From NCBI GenBank assembly GCA_045159875.1, contig CP067995.1, positions 480,001 to 544,000 of the forward strand: DNA of 64,000 bases, written 5' to 3'. A model generated the notes under the pieces. It had not been told where the DNA came from, ran no database searches, and saw only the letters and a list, made by a program, of their open reading frames with translations. The position numbers were made by a program, and so were the translations under genes. The DNA comes from a cyanobacterium endosymbiont of Rhopalodia gibba. GTDB lineage: Bacteria; Cyanobacteriota; Cyanobacteriia; Cyanobacteriales; Microcystaceae. Of this stretch, positions 61,192 to 64,000 are shown piece after piece. How positions within the stretch are numbered: the first letter of the stretch is position 1; every line of letters starts with the position of its first letter.

Positions 61192-62277
61192 CTAAACTAT
61201 AACTAGCATCCCATCTCCAAAAGAATAAAATCGATAACGTTGTTCAATTGCTTCTTGATATAAATTCATCAATCTTTCTCGTCCTATCAAAGCACTCACT
61301 AACATTAATAAACTTGAACGCGGCAAGTGAAAATTCGTAATCATTCCATCAACCACTTGCCAGGAATACCCAGGATAAATAAATAGATTAGTCTTGCCTT
61401 GAAATGGTACTAACCCTTGTTTACCTTGAGTTTTAGCTATTTGTACTGCCCCTTCCAAAGATCGAACCACCGTTGTTCCTACTGCAATCACCCGTCCCCC
61501 ATTCTTTTTTGTCTGAGCAATCATCTCCACAGTAGTTTGGGGGACTTCCATCCATTCCGAATGCATATCATGTTGGGTAATATCTTCTGCCTCCACAGGA
61601 CGAAATGTTCCTACCCCCACATGGAGAGTCACATAAGCTTGAGCGATTCCCTTCTCAGTCAACCTTTGTAACAACTCTGGGGTAAAGTGTAATCCTGCTG
61701 TGGGAGCCGCCACCGCTCCAGGTTTTTGAGCATAAACGGTTTGATAAAGATCGTAGTTATCTTCAAAACGGGTGATATAAGGAGGTAGAGGAATCTTCCC
61801 CAGGTGTTCGATCGCCTGCCAAAATAAGTCCGGTGAAGCTCTCTCAAACTGTAACAATCTTCCCCCTGTTGCTGAATCAACTGTAAGTACCTTAGCTTTT
61901 AAATAAACGGGACTTTTTGTATTTCCTTCTGGAGAGTCGGGAAACCAAATTTCCGAACCAACTTTAAACCGTTTTCCTGGTTTAACTAAAGCCAACCAAC
62001 ACAATGGAGCTTTTTCCTCTAATAGTAATATCTCAACAGGTGCACCTGTCGGTTTATGTCCATAAAGTCTAGCCTGAATGACACGAGTATCATTGAGCAC
62101 TAATAAGTCTCCTGGCAATAACCACTCGGGTAACTCTCGGAACACACTATGAACTTGAGTCGTCAAGGAATTAACTACCAATAATCGAGAACTGTCTCTA
62201 GGGGTAACAGGTTTTTGGGCAATCAACTCAGGTGGCAATTGATAATCGTAACTCGATAATAAACAGTCATCAGTCAT
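61192..62277 (-). CDS. queA: S-adenosylmethionine:tRNA ribosyltransferase-isomerase
   Basis: YDYQLPPELIAQ, AAPTAGLHF, TNFHLPRS, YRFYSFGD; probable start at 62277. Confidence 0.98.
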   Translation of the reverse strand: MTDDCLLSSYDYQLPPELIAQKPVTPRDSSRLLVVNSLTTQVHSVFRELPEWLLPGDLLVLNDTRVIQARLYGHKPTGAPVEILLLEEKAPLCWLALVKPGKRFKVGSEIWFPDSPEGNTKSPVYLKAKVLTVDSATGGRLLQFERASPDLFWQAIEHLGKIPLPPYITRFEDNYDLYQTVYAQKPGAVAAPTAGLHFTPELLQRLTEKGIAQAYVTLHVGVGTFRPVEAEDITQHDMHSEWMEVPQTTVEMIAQTKKNGGRVIAVGTTVVRSLEGAVQIAKTQGKQGLVPFQGKTNLFIYPGYSWQVVDGMITNFHLPRSSLLMLVSALIGRERLMNLYQEAIEQRYRFYSFGDGMLVIV

Positions 62278-62426
62278 AGGGAAAACAAAAATCTGAAGAA
62301 ATTGGGTAGTTTCCCCCATTGTAAAACGTCTAAAATGGGGGGGAGTCCCCTATGAGAATTGGTTAGATTATTGTCACCCTAGAAGACGCAGGATAATTAA
62401 TTAAGCAGATAACTTAGAGAGAAGCA

Positions 62427-62816
62427 ATGGACTATATTTACTTTCTTGGTAACGCCAGCTTAACCTTACGGGCTATCGAATACTTACAATCAACGAACGA
62501 CTGGCCATCTTGTTCGATGACAGTTATTCATCAAATTAATGGTTGGATCGTTAGAGTCAAGTTTAAACAGCCTTTAAATCCTTACCAACATGGGAACTTT
62601 AAGGCATTTATGAATGAAATCGGTATCCCCTACGAACTTGAAATCCGTCTTCAAATGGTCTTCTGGAGTTTAGAAACGGGACAATCTCCCATTGATGTCA
62701 TGCGTCGTTATCAAGTGGCTATTGTTTCTCACGGCTCTCCAGATATTAATGACATTGAGGCATTTCGGCAACAATTTACCAAAGGCTTAGGTTATTGCCC
62801 AGAAACTTTAGCTTAA
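62427..62816 (+). CDS. Conserved cyanobacterial hypothetical protein
   Basis: Intact 129-aa ORF ending FRQQFTKGLGYCPETLA, a motif I recall from cyanobacterial hypothetical proteins. Confidence 0.8.
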   Translation: MDYIYFLGNASLTLRAIEYLQSTNDWPSCSMTVIHQINGWIVRVKFKQPLNPYQHGNFKAFMNEIGIPYELEIRLQMVFWSLETGQSPIDVMRRYQVAIVSHGSPDINDIEAFRQQFTKGLGYCPETLA

Positions 62817-63140
62817 TTCGTCAGGAAATTTGGGTAGACATCTTTTCGTAGAACGATGGCTTCGTATTAGAGTGTCACGTAGGTTAAGCGACCCACCCAA
62901 GACAATAGATTAAGTTAAGACGGCTTTTAGAGTAAAGTCCAGTTAACCTAATTAACTGGTAGTGCAGACAATATTAAGTAGAGGCAGTTTTGTTGAAGCA
63001 GAAATATGGAATTGTGAAGCTCAGGAGTTACTCCTGTTTTTCGGCGTATGAAGATGTTAAAACCATTCCTATTAATTAGGAACAAAATGGTCCATGACAC
63101 GGTATACTCCACCCAGAGATATTGATTAACTAGAAAAGTA

Positions 63141-64000
63141 ATGGTAGCCGTAGCAATTCTCGCAGCAGGACGTGGAACACGAATGAAGTCAGACCTTCCT
63201 AAGGTACTTCATCAAGTGGGGGGACGTTCATTGGTGGAACGGGTACTTGAAAGTTGTTGCCTGCTCAATCCATCTCAAAAACTCGTCATTGTGGGTTATG
63301 AAGCTCAACTAGTTCAACAGTCATTGCATCAGGTTAGCTTCTTAGAATTTGTTGAGCAAAGGGAACAATTAGGCACAGGCCATGCCATTCAACAATTGTT
63401 GCCCTGTTTAAAAAACTTTACCGGAGATTTATTAGTCTTAAATGGAGATGTGCCCTTATTAAGGCCTGAAACGTTAGAAAATTTACTCAAAAGTCATCAA
63501 CTTCATCGTAATGCTGCTACATTACTCACAGCAAATTTACCTGATCCAAAAGGATATGGACGTGTGTTTTGTGATGGTGACAATTTAGTCAAACAAATTG
63601 TGGAAGATCGTGACTGTAACGCCGCCCAAACACAAAACCATCGCATTAATGGAGGTATTTATTGTTTTAATTGGACAAAATTAGCCGAAGTGCTGCCGAA
63701 ACTCTCTTCTAATAATGATCAAGAAGAATATTATTTAACGGATGTGGTTAAATATCTATCTCCTGTGATGGCAGTAGATGTGAAAGATCATTTTGAGATT
63801 AGTGGGATTAACGATCGTAAACAACTGGCTATTGCAAATGATATCCTCCAAAGTCGTATTAAAGATTATTGGATGGCTAAAGGAGTGACCATGATTGCTC
63901 CTGATAGTATCACTATTGACGATACCGTTGAATTACAACCTGATGTTGTGATCGAACCCCAAAGTCACTTAAGGGGAAATACTGTTATTGGGAAAGGAAG
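63141..64000 (+). CDS. glmU: Bifunctional UDP-GlcNAc pyrophosphorylase / glucosamine-1-P acetyltransferase (runs off the window end)
   Basis: [49 protein letters not shown] motifs. Confidence 0.97.
   Translation, partial: MVAVAILAAGRGTRMKSDLPKVLHQVGGRSLVERVLESCCLLNPSQKLVIVGYEAQLVQQSLHQVSFLEFVEQREQLGTGHAIQQLLPCLKNFTGDLLVLNGDVPLLRPETLENLLKSHQLHRNAATLLTANLPDPKGYGRVFCDGDNLVKQIVEDRDCNAAQTQNHRINGGIYCFNWTKLAEVLPKLSSNNDQEEYYLTDVVKYLSPVMAVDVKDHFEISGINDRKQLAIANDILQSRIKDYWMAKGVTMIAPDSITIDDTVELQPDVVIEPQSHLRGNTVIGKG

Overview
64 kb of an AT-rich, reductively evolving unicellular cyanobacterial chromosome (Crocosphaera/Rippkaea-like gene sequences). The pattern best fits a non-photosynthetic spheroid body (diazoplast) of a rhopalodiacean diatom; this identity is inferred. 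Intact genes include ligA, cinA, pyrR, metK, sipA, cysK, nnr, hisB, guaA, trmB, panB, ndhAIGE, queA, a partial glmU, tRNA-Val(UAC), cytochrome b6f assembly factors and a Rieske-containing CruE/CrtU-type carotenoid enzyme. The long apparent intergenic gaps hold many pseudogenes that the ORF track misses: a deletion-fused psaA/psaB remnant, ycf37, chlM (one nonsense codon), ndhD, mltA, tamB, an aldehyde dehydrogenase, a GGDEF protein, a HAD hydrolase, a GT2, Uma2 and others, plus IS630, ISL3 and IS701-like fossils. The best candidate for an undescribed system is an unannotated 51-aa secreted, Cys-pair peptide gene placed head-to-head with an intact AAA_35/STAND-type NTPase. Several long, near-loopless AT-rich palindromes also stand out. 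All homology calls come from manual translation and motif recall, not from database searches, and pseudogene boundaries are approximate.
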